From sequence record NC_031245.1: a DNA stretch of 64,000 bases. The stretch is one strand, 5' to 3'. Shown here piece after piece: positions 16,535-26,250 of this stretch; the first letter of the stretch is position 1; each line of letters begins with the position of its first letter. The notes under the pieces are model-generated. The model was given only the letters and a program-made list of their open reading frames with translations. It was not told the origin of the DNA and searched no databases. The translations under genes were made by a program, and so were the position numbers.

Positions 16535-17869
16535 TGTGGTCTACTGGACGAGGTTGAGTTCGTAGCTGGCGGTAACGCTAAGATGGAACAGTCTAAGATC
16601 ATGCAACTTTATCGTACTATCAAGCGACGTATGGAATCCCGATACATGAAAATGGGTGAGTTGCCTGGTATCCTATTTCTTGTATCATCAAAGAAGTCAG
16701 ACCATGACTTCTTAGAACAATATATACAGCAAGTTCGGACTAATCCTAACGTTCACGTAGTGGATCAACCTTTATGGAAAGTTAAACCTAAAAGTAACTA
16801 TTCAGGTAACTTCTTCCTACTGGCAGTAGGTAATAAAGTGTTGCCTTCTAAGATCATAGCCGAACATGAAAACAAAGATGACTACATTGAACAAGGATAT
16901 CGAGTAATCGAAGTTCCAGTTGAGCATAAACAAGCATTCGAATTAGATATTAGTGCTGCTCTCATGGATATTGCAGGTATAGCGATGGCTAGTACCTCTA
17001 AATATATCCACTATGATAAGTTGATGAAGGTAATATCTAAACATCGTGAGAATCCGTTTCGTATGGATCAGATTGTCCTAGAATTCAATGGACCTGAAGA
17101 AATTGCTGACTACATGGATTTATCTAAGATCCATGAAGAGGATTTAAGTAGTCCTTGCTTTATCCATATAGACCCATCCTTATCAGGAGACTCCACAGGT
17201 ATTGCAATGACAACTATCAAAGGAGCAGGATCAGTTGAACGATTAGTTCGAGGAGAAATTCAGAGAGTTAATGATTTGGTGTATAAAATGGTCTTTGGAG
17301 TTGCTATTAAAGCAGTTGCAGGTAGCCAGATTCCATTCCATAAGATACGTCAATTCATATATTGGCTAAGAGATACACTAGGAGCCAATGTTCAAATGGT
17401 TACTGCCGACTCCTTCCAATCAGCGGATATGTTACAACAATTGAAGTTGAATGGATTTGAGACTAAAGTTATTTCAGTTGACCGTAAACGTGAGCCATAC
17501 GATATGCTACGAAATTCGATCAACGAGGAACGTATAGATATTTTACCTCAATCAATACTTGAGGACGAACTAGTTAACTTAGAAGAAGATAAAATCAAGG
17601 GTAAAATCGACCACCCTATTAACGGTAGTAAGGATATTGCCGATGCTTTAGCAGGGTCAGTTGCTGCAGCAGCTCATCACCCAATTGCCGTTCATATGAT
17701 GAACTCTGGTGAAGATGCTATGTTAATCGGTAGTGGTTCTACTGAGTTCGAACAATTGGGTAACGATTCTTGGGTCATCGAAGATGATGATATCGTAGAT
17801 GTTTATGACGATGATGCTCTAAGTAAGATGAGCAGTCATGGATCCAATGGTCGAGTACTTGACTGGTAA
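16403..17869 (+). CDS. terL: Terminase C-terminal precursor: IntC plus Walker B and nuclease domain
   Basis: Own AGGTG RBS. MKVTYVKK...VYDV...NNF...VVHN|CGLLDEVEF; nuclease motifs HIDPSLSGDSTG, DSFQS, KIDHP..GSKDIADA. Confidence 0.92.
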   Translation: MKVTYVKKLDGEHKVYDVVNAGPYNNFVIQPNGTTTSNGVVVHNCGLLDEVEFVAGGNAKMEQSKIMQLYRTIKRRMESRYMKMGELPGILFLVSSKKSDHDFLEQYIQQVRTNPNVHVVDQPLWKVKPKSNYSGNFFLLAVGNKVLPSKIIAEHENKDDYIEQGYRVIEVPVEHKQAFELDISAALMDIAGIAMASTSKYIHYDKLMKVISKHRENPFRMDQIVLEFNGPEEIADYMDLSKIHEEDLSSPCFIHIDPSLSGDSTGIAMTTIKGAGSVERLVRGEIQRVNDLVYKMVFGVAIKAVAGSQIPFHKIRQFIYWLRDTLGANVQMVTADSFQSADMLQQLKLNGFETKVISVDRKREPYDMLRNSINEERIDILPQSILEDELVNLEEDKIKGKIDHPINGSKDIADALAGSVAAAAHHPIAVHMMNSGEDAMLIGSGSTEFEQLGNDSWVIEDDDIVDVYDDDALSKMSSHGSNGRVLDW

Positions 17870-17893
17870 GACATCCAAGGAGGTTATACATCT

Positions 17894-19408
17894 ATGTGGT
17901 TATTTGAAAAACTAGGGATGAGGAAAGTCGAGGATATCTCGAATAGTCGTAATGATTATACTAGCATGGAAGACTTGCTACAGAAAGCTGACGTGAACAC
18001 TTGGGATACAGTCCAAAAACTTAGAGATGTCTCGAGTACTAAGTCAGCTGTATTCAAAGAATATGAGAATATGGCTAACGATGTATTCATCGCTTCAGCC
18101 TTAGAATTATATGCAGATGATGCTGTTCAGTCCGAAATACGTACTGGCAGATTGGTATGGATAACAGCTAAAGACAAAGACCTTCAGTCCGATTTAGATG
18201 TGTTAATGGACGAGTTAGAGATAGAGTCACGTGTTTGGGACTGGGCACATAATGTAGCTCATTATGGGGAACTATTCCTTAAATTATTTTTCGATGAACA
18301 AGGTAGACTTCTAAAATACGTAGAAGAAGTCTCAGATCCAGGTAATTTGCTAGATTTACAATATATGGGTAAAACCGAATACTTCGCTACAGTTCAAAAT
18401 GAGGTAGATGGTGCCAAGAAAGTACAGAAATTAACATTACAAGATCCTGACTCCTACGTACACTTCATGATTCGTAAAGCTAATAGGTTTGACGAGATTG
18501 ATGTGAAGATACCTAAAGTCGAAGAAGATGGAACAACTACCACTGAAGTTCAACAAAAATACAAAGTTGCTCGTGGAGTTTCCATTCTAGAACCGCTACG
18601 ATCAAGCTACCGTATTTTAAGGCTATTAGAAGACTCACTAATAGTAGCACGACTAAGTCGTTCAGCAATGATTCGTATGTTCTCAGTTGAGGTAGGTACT
18701 GCACCTCCTAAGAAAGCTAGAGAAATGGTTAATAAACTCAAGAAACTATTGGACTCTCAAGAACAAGTAGATGTTCAAAGTGGTGAGTTTGCTAGTAAGA
18801 AATCACCTGGACCTATTGATGATCCTTTGATCATACCGACTCGTAATGGTAAAGGTTCAGTCAGCTATCAAAACATCGGAGGAGATGTTGATGTTAGAAG
18901 TATAACTGATATCGATTACTTCCGTAACAAGATGTTCGCTGGATTGAAAGTACCTAAAGCTTTCTTGGGATTCGAAGAATTCCTACCAGGAGGAATGGGT
19001 CAGTCGCCTCTAACTAAGTTGGATGTGAGGTACGCTAGAACAGTTAAACGTGTTCAGAATGCTGTAAGGGATGGTATCAAGAAGTTATTGAACTTGTACC
19101 TTATTGATCAGGGTCGTGATGGTCAGGTTAATCAGTTCGAAGTTCATATGACTGAGCCTTCATCCTCTGAAGAAGCTGACCGTATGGTGGATATGAGCAA
19201 CCGAATTGCATTGGCTGACTCTATGATGAGATTGCTTGACACTGAGACTACTAAAGGAATGTTCGACAACTATAAATTGGTATCCACAATCCTCAAAGAA
19301 GTACTTAAGTACGAGGAATTACAAGATACACTTCTTCCTCATGATAAATATAAAGAATTTGTGAAGCAACAAGAAGAGCAAATGGCTAGTGGAGAAGGAG
19401 AGTATTAA
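17894..19408 (+). CDS. Portal protein (T4 gp20-like)
   Basis: LLEDSLIVARLSR, DIDYFRNKMFAGLKVPK; follows the terminase. Confidence 0.9.
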   Translation: MWLFEKLGMRKVEDISNSRNDYTSMEDLLQKADVNTWDTVQKLRDVSSTKSAVFKEYENMANDVFIASALELYADDAVQSEIRTGRLVWITAKDKDLQSDLDVLMDELEIESRVWDWAHNVAHYGELFLKLFFDEQGRLLKYVEEVSDPGNLLDLQYMGKTEYFATVQNEVDGAKKVQKLTLQDPDSYVHFMIRKANRFDEIDVKIPKVEEDGTTTTEVQQKYKVARGVSILEPLRSSYRILRLLEDSLIVARLSRSAMIRMFSVEVGTAPPKKAREMVNKLKKLLDSQEQVDVQSGEFASKKSPGPIDDPLIIPTRNGKGSVSYQNIGGDVDVRSITDIDYFRNKMFAGLKVPKAFLGFEEFLPGGMGQSPLTKLDVRYARTVKRVQNAVRDGIKKLLNLYLIDQGRDGQVNQFEVHMTEPSSSEEADRMVDMSNRIALADSMMRLLDTETTKGMFDNYKLVSTILKEVLKYEELQDTLLPHDKYKEFVKQQEEQMASGEGEY

Positions 19409-19416
19409 TCGAGTAG

Positions 19417-19447
19417 GCTGTATCCACCTTTCCTAAACGTCTATACT
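19417..19447 (+). promoter_or_regulatory. Phage promoter motif copy 6, upstream of the RNR cassette
   Basis: GCT at 19417, CGTCTATACT at 19438-19447. Confidence 0.7.
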
Positions 19448-19514
19448 TGTGAAGTCGTTCTTGAGGAAAGGTGGGAATATAGTAATGCTATGGTAACGCT
19501 AAAGGAGGTACTTT

Positions 19515-19973
19515 ATGAGTAGCACTTACACTCGTCAAGAAGCACTGGAGTCTTTATACCGTATAACTTTTGCAGAAGCTCCAGAAACTCCGAGGTACAC
19601 TAAAGCCAAGGAGTACATTAAATCTACTTTATCTAGTAAAGGGGTACCTGAAGAAGTCATCAAATTTCTAGATGAAGAGACTTCATCTGGATTTTCTCAA
19701 TGTTTCTTGTCACGTTTAAAGGATAAGAAATTTATGAGGACTTTAAGGTCACTCGAGAGTGGGACTAAATTACCTAATGAAGTTGTTGTAAAAGCAGTCA
19801 ATTCCTTGATCACTCATGCTATAATAGATATTGAGTTAGGTAACACTTCACGTCAAGTCGTAGTGAATAACCTTCAGATCGATAAATTGATGAACATCGT
19901 ACAATACTACTTTAATACAGGTAGTTTACCTGATTCTACATATGAGACAATTAGGAATTTACTGGACAGCTAG
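19515..19973 (+). CDS. Hypothetical protein
   Basis: AAAGGAGGT RBS; 152 aa. Confidence 0.75.
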   Translation: MSSTYTRQEALESLYRITFAEAPETPRYTKAKEYIKSTLSSKGVPEEVIKFLDEETSSGFSQCFLSRLKDKKFMRTLRSLESGTKLPNEVVVKAVNSLITHAIIDIELGNTSRQVVVNNLQIDKLMNIVQYYFNTGSLPDSTYETIRNLLDS

Positions 19974-20082
19974 ACTACAGCAGTTCCTTCCAAGTCTTTA
20001 ACAACACTAAGGTACTTTACTCATCAAAGTACTAAGAATTTGACACTATCAAATCTAGACATTGCGGAGGATTGAAAATTAA

Positions 20083-22425
20083 ATGAACACACTCATTACT
20101 AAAGAAAATGGAGTAAAGTCACTTCCTTTTGACGAACCTAGACTACTTAATTTTATTAAACAAGTTACTGAAGATTATCCGCACTTGGATATCGACAGTT
20201 TTACGGAGAAAGTACTAGCTACTATCACTTCCAGAGAGACTTATCCTGCCGATCAAATCACTAATTTGATGGTATTAACTGCTCTCGATCATTTGGATCA
20301 AGATGCACCTGACTGGACATTTGTAGCATCACGTATCTATCTTCAAAGCTTGTATAAACAAGCATCTAAGAATAGAGGTTACGATATTGAAAAAGTGGGC
20401 AATTATGGTCCATTCTATAGTTTACTTCGTGACCTTATCAACAAGGGTATTTACAATAAACGACTTCTTAAAGATTACACTCGTGCTGAGATCAATGAGT
20501 TAGGGTCATTAATCAATCAAGAAAGAGATAAGTTATTTACTTATATCGGATTACGTACACTAACTGACCGATACACTGCTAAGTCTCATGATCACCGAGT
20601 ATATGAACTTCCTCAGGAGCGATTTATGATTATTGCAATGTTGCTTAATATTAATGAACCTGCGGATAAACGTATGGACTTCATTAAGAATGCTTACAAG
20701 CAACATAGTTTACTACGTCAGACTAGTGCGACTCCTACGATGTCTAATGCTGGTAAGAGTTACGGTCAACTATCTTCATGTTTCATCGATACTGTAGATG
20801 ACAGTCTTGATGGAATCTTTGGTAGTAATCATGACGTAGCTCGTCTATCGAAAGATGGAGGAGGAATCGGTGTATACTTAGGTAAGATACGTAACCTAGG
20901 TTCTGACATCAAGAACTTCGAGGGAGTAGCTTCAGGAGTACTACCTTGGATGAAACAATTGAACAATACAGCAGTATCAGTTGATCAATTAGGACAACGT
21001 CAAGGTTCTATTGCTGTATATTTAGATGTATGGCACAAGGATATCTTCGCATTCCTAGATGCTAAATTAAATAATGGGGATGAAAGATTACGTACGCATG
21101 ACCTGTATACAGGAGTATGTATTCCAGATATATTCATGGAAATTGCTGAGGAACGTGGCGAGTGGTACCTATTTGATCCTCATAAAGTTCGTAAGCATAT
21201 GGGATATAGCTTAGAAGACTTCTACGACGAGAAACTAGGAGAAGGTTCATTCCGCACTAAGTATTTCGAATGTGTAGAAGCAGCTAAGTCCGGAGTACTT
21301 CCTAAGTCCATGTACGAAGTAGTTTCAGCTATCGATATATTCAAACGTATCATGAAGTCCCAGTTAGAAACTGGAGCTCCTTATATGTTCTATCGTGATA
21401 CTGTCAATAGAGCTAACCCTAATAAACATAAAGGTATGATATATTGCTCTAACTTATGTACTGAAATAATGCAGAACATGAAGCCGACTATTATCGAAAC
21501 TGAAGAAATCGTAACTAGAGAAGATGGTCAAAAGCGTATCGTTACTACTAAAATCCCTGGTGATTTCGTAGTATGTAACTTAGCTTCATTGAACCTAGGT
21601 CGAGTTGAACGTGAGAATTCTCTAGAAGAAACTATTACGAGTGCAGTCAGAGGATTGGACAACGTTATTGACCTGAATACCATTTCAGTACTTCAAGCTC
21701 AAGTTACTAACCAAAACTACAGAGCTATCGGATTAGGAACTTTCGGATGGCATCATTTATTAGCTCAAGAAGGAATTATGTGGGAGACTGAACGTGCAGT
21801 TGAGCGTTGTGATGAATTGTACGAAGATGTTGCATACTATGCAATTAAAGCTTCTCATGAATTAGCTCTTGAGAAAGGTGCTTATCCATACTTCCCTGGA
21901 TCTGACTGGAACACTGGAGAATACTTCGTATTACGTGGATACGTAGATCGTAATGATAAAGGAGAAATCCTTCCAATCGAAGGTCAAGAAAGATGGTATG
22001 AGTTAGCTCTAGCTGTAATGAAAGATGGAATCCGTAATGGATACATCATGGCGGTTGCACCTAACTCTTCTACTGCAGTTATCGCTGGATCTACTGCATC
22101 TATCGATCCAGTATTCAAGAAGTTCTACTCTGAAGAGAAGAAGAACTACAAGATTCCAGTTACTGCACCAGAATTATCTGCTAGAACTACATGGCATTAT
22201 AAATCAGCTTATAACATTGACCAACACTGGAGCATTAAACAAAATGCTGCTAGACAACGTCACGTTGATCAATCTATCTCGTTCAACTTGTACGTTAATC
22301 GTCAAATTAAAGCTAAGGATTTACTTGACCTACATTTCGATGCATGGAGATCAGGTCTTAAGACAACTTACTACACTCGTTCTACAGCAGTTGAAATTGA
22401 AGAGTGCGAATCTTGTGCTAGCTAA
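20083..22425 (+). CDS. nrdA: Class I ribonucleotide reductase alpha subunit
   Basis: ELPQERFM, ATPTMSNAG, QLSSCF, CSNLCTE, CNLASLNL, APNSS, C-terminal CESC. No intron or intein is present. Confidence 0.96.
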   Translation: MNTLITKENGVKSLPFDEPRLLNFIKQVTEDYPHLDIDSFTEKVLATITSRETYPADQITNLMVLTALDHLDQDAPDWTFVASRIYLQSLYKQASKNRGYDIEKVGNYGPFYSLLRDLINKGIYNKRLLKDYTRAEINELGSLINQERDKLFTYIGLRTLTDRYTAKSHDHRVYELPQERFMIIAMLLNINEPADKRMDFIKNAYKQHSLLRQTSATPTMSNAGKSYGQLSSCFIDTVDDSLDGIFGSNHDVARLSKDGGGIGVYLGKIRNLGSDIKNFEGVASGVLPWMKQLNNTAVSVDQLGQRQGSIAVYLDVWHKDIFAFLDAKLNNGDERLRTHDLYTGVCIPDIFMEIAEERGEWYLFDPHKVRKHMGYSLEDFYDEKLGEGSFRTKYFECVEAAKSGVLPKSMYEVVSAIDIFKRIMKSQLETGAPYMFYRDTVNRANPNKHKGMIYCSNLCTEIMQNMKPTIIETEEIVTREDGQKRIVTTKIPGDFVVCNLASLNLGRVERENSLEETITSAVRGLDNVIDLNTISVLQAQVTNQNYRAIGLGTFGWHHLLAQEGIMWETERAVERCDELYEDVAYYAIKASHELALEKGAYPYFPGSDWNTGEYFVLRGYVDRNDKGEILPIEGQERWYELALAVMKDGIRNGYIMAVAPNSSTAVIAGSTASIDPVFKKFYSEEKKNYKIPVTAPELSARTTWHYKSAYNIDQHWSIKQNAARQRHVDQSISFNLYVNRQIKAKDLLDLHFDAWRSGLKTTYYTRSTAVEIEECESCAS

Positions 22426-22511
22426 TTAACCTTAGAGATAATGAGGGAGGGAACTTCTCCCTTCCTTATTAATAATACACCAAAGAACACATCTAGGAGG
22501 GCAACTTAGAC

Positions 22512-23558
22512 ATGTCAGGAATCGAATTGAGAAAACGTAAATTATTTGATATTACAGCACCTAATAAATCAACAGGTATCATTAATGGTCAAAGTTCAGG
22601 AGTACTCAACTGGGACGATGTTCAATTCCCTTGGGTATATCGTGATTACAAGAATTCGCTAGCTAACTTCTGGACTCCATTTGAAATCCAGATGACAGAT
22701 GATAAGAAGCAGTGGGTCACTATAATGAGTGAGGATGAGAAGTTTGCATTCAAACGTATCATCGGACTTCTTGCATCATTGGACTCTATTCAAACGGAGT
22801 ACTGCTCTAGCGTTAAGGACTATATTACGGATTCAAGTATCTCATCCCTTATGGGTGTTATCGAATTCCAAGAAATCGTCCACAATCAATCCTACTCTTA
22901 TGTACTATCAAGCTTGGTAGATAAAGATGAGCAGGATGCTATCTTTGACTTCTGGAAGCATGATCCAGTAATCATCAAACGTAATAAATTCATCTTTGAT
23001 GTTTATGAGGACTTCAAAGAGAATCCTAATCCTGAAACTTTACTCAAGTCAATCGTACTTGACGTAGTTTTAGAGGGACTGGACTTCTACTCTGGATTTG
23101 CATTCTTCTATAACTTAGCACGTAATCAGAAGATGCTCTCTACATCGAGAATGATCAATTACATCAATCGTGATGAACAAATTCACGTAAATGTATTCAT
23201 TAAAATATTCAAGGCAATCTTAGCTCAGTATCCTCAGTATGATACTCCACAATTGAAACAGTTCATTACTGACGTATTTGAGGAAGCTGCTGCATTAGAA
23301 ATTGAATGGGGTAATTATATCATCGGTGATAAAATCGATGGAATTAATATGATGGATCTGGATGCTTACATTAAGTTTTACGCTAACTTCAGATCTAGTG
23401 CTCTAGGTGGTGAGCGTCCATTCGAAGGTTATCGTAGTAATCCTCTTAAATGGATTAAAGCTTATGAAGACCCTAACGAATCTAAGCAGGACTTCTTCGA
23501 AGGTAAATCCCGTCAGTACGCTAAGGTAGATGACGATAACGGATTCGATGAACTATAA
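22512..23558 (+). CDS. nrdB: Class I ribonucleotide reductase beta subunit
   Basis: FWTPFEI, LDSIQ, QEIVHNQSY, LEGLDFYSGF, RDEQIH, DFFE. Confidence 0.95.
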   Translation: MSGIELRKRKLFDITAPNKSTGIINGQSSGVLNWDDVQFPWVYRDYKNSLANFWTPFEIQMTDDKKQWVTIMSEDEKFAFKRIIGLLASLDSIQTEYCSSVKDYITDSSISSLMGVIEFQEIVHNQSYSYVLSSLVDKDEQDAIFDFWKHDPVIIKRNKFIFDVYEDFKENPNPETLLKSIVLDVVLEGLDFYSGFAFFYNLARNQKMLSTSRMINYINRDEQIHVNVFIKIFKAILAQYPQYDTPQLKQFITDVFEEAAALEIEWGNYIIGDKIDGINMMDLDAYIKFYANFRSSALGGERPFEGYRSNPLKWIKAYEDPNESKQDFFEGKSRQYAKVDDDNGFDEL

Positions 23559-23567
23559 TATATGATT

Positions 23568-23601
23568 AAAATGACCTAGCTAATAAACTAGGTCATTTTT
23601 T
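23568..23601 (+). terminator. Intrinsic terminator after nrdB, possibly bidirectional
   Basis: AAAATGACCTAG / CTAGGTCATTTT plus a T tract. Confidence 0.75.
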
Positions 23602-23741
23602 AATGCCTTTAAACAACTTCTTCGTCTATAACCCCTTAACCGATGTACTTACTGCTCCCTTAAATTAATATGTTCAGGCTTACCCTCTGATGCATTTGTT
23701 GCGTGGCGACATTGCAATCATTGGTGGGAGGTGAAGTCTAA

Positions 23742-25448
23742 ATGGAGGATAATCTGATCCTAGCAGAACAAACTAGTCCTGCGGAGAATAACCTACGACT
23801 TGTCGAAGGGTCTGAAGCAGTTAAGAGAGGTACAGCTCTAGCTACTCTAGAAGGTCCATTCGCTGATACTAAGATCCCTACACGTAATGGTCGTAAGTAC
23901 GTTCCTAAATTATGGAAAAAGATTATAAACTCATCCCATGTTAAAGAGATGCTTGATACCAATACGTTCTTTGGTGAAGCTGACCATCCTACCCTAAAGG
24001 AAGAACGTCTTGAAGTATCGTTACCGAAAGTGTCTCACAATATCACTGATATCTGGTTAGATGAATCTGATGGTATTGTCTATGGGAGATTAGACATCTT
24101 AGATACTCCTTCAGGGCGTATTCTAAAGACATTAATCGATTATGGATCTATTTTAGGAATTTCTTCACGTGGTGCAGGACGAGTTATCCAGGAGAAAGGT
24201 GAGACTATAGTCGATCCTGATACTTATAACTTCGTCACATTTGACATCGTACCACTACCTGCTAACGTTGCTTCTAGACTTAAGGATAAGACTTCTGGAG
24301 TAGTTGAATCTGCTAAAGGTATGCTTAAAGCTATCGGTGAGCAAGTTCAAGGACTTCTAAATAAGAAGGATCACTCTGAATTGTCAGCAGTTCATAGTGT
24401 ACTTGAGTCTATCAATATACCAGAATTGCAACCTCTATGTGAGCAAGTTAATGCTGCTCTTCACGACACTAGCGTATCATCTATCGAAGATGACTTAGAG
24501 GAAGCTTACCAAACTATCGGATCTTTGCGATTACAAGTTAGTCAACTAGAACAAACTGTTAGATCCTATGAGAATAAGAAAGTTCAAGAGGTAAGCAACA
24601 CTATTACCTTACCTAATGAGTCGATCTTAGAGAATCTGGATACTAACTTTAATCTTGTATTTAGTAAACTAGCTAATCTGCAAGAACAAATGGGTAGTAA
24701 TACTGTATCTGAAGATGAAATGAAGAAAATTCAAGATCAATTGGCTGAATCAGTTAAAACAGTTAAGGACTTAACCGATGAAGTACAAGACTTAACTGAA
24801 CAACTTGAAGTCAAGGATAATGAATTAGAAACAGCTCGTCGTCAGGCAGTGGAGCTTGATAAGCAATTAGGGGAACATAAAGAATTAGTCTCTGAGTATG
24901 AAGGTCAAGTTCAAGACCTAACGGAGTCTAATGAAGCATTAGTTACAGAAAATGAACAATTAAGCGGTAAATTAAGCAGCTTAGAGGAGCAATTACGAGA
25001 GTCCAATCAACAAGTTGAAGAACTAAGTGAGTCATATAACTTAGCGTCATCTCAAGTTGATAGTGCTCTAAATGAAGCTGACTCTAATGCTGAAATCATA
25101 GCTGAGCTTGAAGATAAGTTGAACGAAGCTGAGAGTCAAGCTAAATCCTTCTCAAGTCAAGTTCGAGGATTACAAGGATTCGTAGAAGCTTACGTGAATG
25201 TAAGAGCTAAACAATTAGGAGTTAATCCTCAATTAGCTATGAATTCACTTCCAGAATCTTTTAATCCAGAAATTGTTGAGAAGACCTTAAAAGAACTTGC
25301 AATCAGCCGAGTCAATCAACAGAAAATGGCTTATACTAACAGAACGACTTCGGGGGTAGCTGAAGCTAAGGCACTAACGGAAAGTACAGTGCAGTCCGCT
25401 AAGCGTAATAGCTTAGTGACACTCGTACAAGGAGTTCGCAACCAATAA
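23742..25448 (+). CDS. Prohead protease (T4 gp21-like) fused to a coiled-coil scaffold
   Basis: GEADHP, VSHNIT, ILDTPSG, GISSRGAG, TFDIV..PA; long Glu/Leu heptad C-terminal half. Confidence 0.9.
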   Translation: MEDNLILAEQTSPAENNLRLVEGSEAVKRGTALATLEGPFADTKIPTRNGRKYVPKLWKKIINSSHVKEMLDTNTFFGEADHPTLKEERLEVSLPKVSHNITDIWLDESDGIVYGRLDILDTPSGRILKTLIDYGSILGISSRGAGRVIQEKGETIVDPDTYNFVTFDIVPLPANVASRLKDKTSGVVESAKGMLKAIGEQVQGLLNKKDHSELSAVHSVLESINIPELQPLCEQVNAALHDTSVSSIEDDLEEAYQTIGSLRLQVSQLEQTVRSYENKKVQEVSNTITLPNESILENLDTNFNLVFSKLANLQEQMGSNTVSEDEMKKIQDQLAESVKTVKDLTDEVQDLTEQLEVKDNELETARRQAVELDKQLGEHKELVSEYEGQVQDLTESNEALVTENEQLSGKLSSLEEQLRESNQQVEELSESYNLASSQVDSALNEADSNAEIIAELEDKLNEAESQAKSFSSQVRGLQGFVEAYVNVRAKQLGVNPQLAMNSLPESFNPEIVEKTLKELAISRVNQQKMAYTNRTTSGVAEAKALTESTVQSAKRNSLVTLVQGVRNQ

Positions 25449-25478
25449 TTTTAACAATGATATGGAGGAACTGAAACC

Positions 25479-26250
25479 ATGGAAAATTTATTCTCTGTGT
25501 ATCCTGAAGCTTCTCAACTTATGGAGAAGTGGACAGAAAACATCTCTGCAGTAAACGAAGCATTCGGTCAAGAATTATCTGTAGACCGTAAGATGGTATT
25601 AGCATCAACTCTTGAAAATACTCAAACTGCTCTTAATCGTGCGAATCAAATGTTTGAAACTACTCAACCATCTGATATCGGACCATTCAAGAAGTTCGCT
25701 CTTGAGTTAGTAACTGCTGTAGTTCCTAACCTAATTGCAACAGACATCGTATCAGTTCAACCAATGTCTAACCGTATTGGTGAAGTTCGTTACCTCAAGT
25801 ACTTATATGGATCTAACAAAGGTTCTGTAAAAGCTGGTACTGAATTCACTTCTGCATTCGGACTTGGTGAAACTTCTCCAATGTATTCTTCTGAAGACAT
25901 TGACCAAGAAGTTCTAGGTGAAGGTGGTCAAGCTAAATACGAAGGTAACTTAGCTTACTTCCCAGTACGTCCTGGTACAGTAGCAATCTCTGTTGGTGGA
26001 GATACTGTTACAGATGACGGTAATGGTAAGTTAAAAGGTAACGGAGTTACTGGTACAGTTGACTACGCTACAGGTTCTTATTCATTAGACTTCGGTACTG
26101 GTACTGCTAATGATGAGCCAGTTGCATCTTACCAATATCAACTTGACTACGCTCCAGTAAGTGTACCTCAAATTGATATCAAAATCGAGACTTTACCGAT
26201 CATCGCTAAATCTCGTAAATTACGTGCTCTTTACGCATTCGATGCTGCAT
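25479..26250 (+). CDS. Major capsid protein (T4 gp23-like), exon 1
   Basis: VVPNLIATDIVSVQPM, KSRKLRALY. Joined to exon 2 it gives a 456-aa protein reading DAA-F-DMQRDYG. Confidence 0.92.

Noticed and set aside
12315-17869. Terminase pseudogene or assembly error
   Set aside because: Every break coincides with a complete intron or intein signature, and removing them restores in-frame Walker A and Walker B motifs.
23602-23632. Seventh copy of the promoter motif (CGTCTATAAC)
   Set aside because: It lacks GCT at -21 and the final T of the -10 box.
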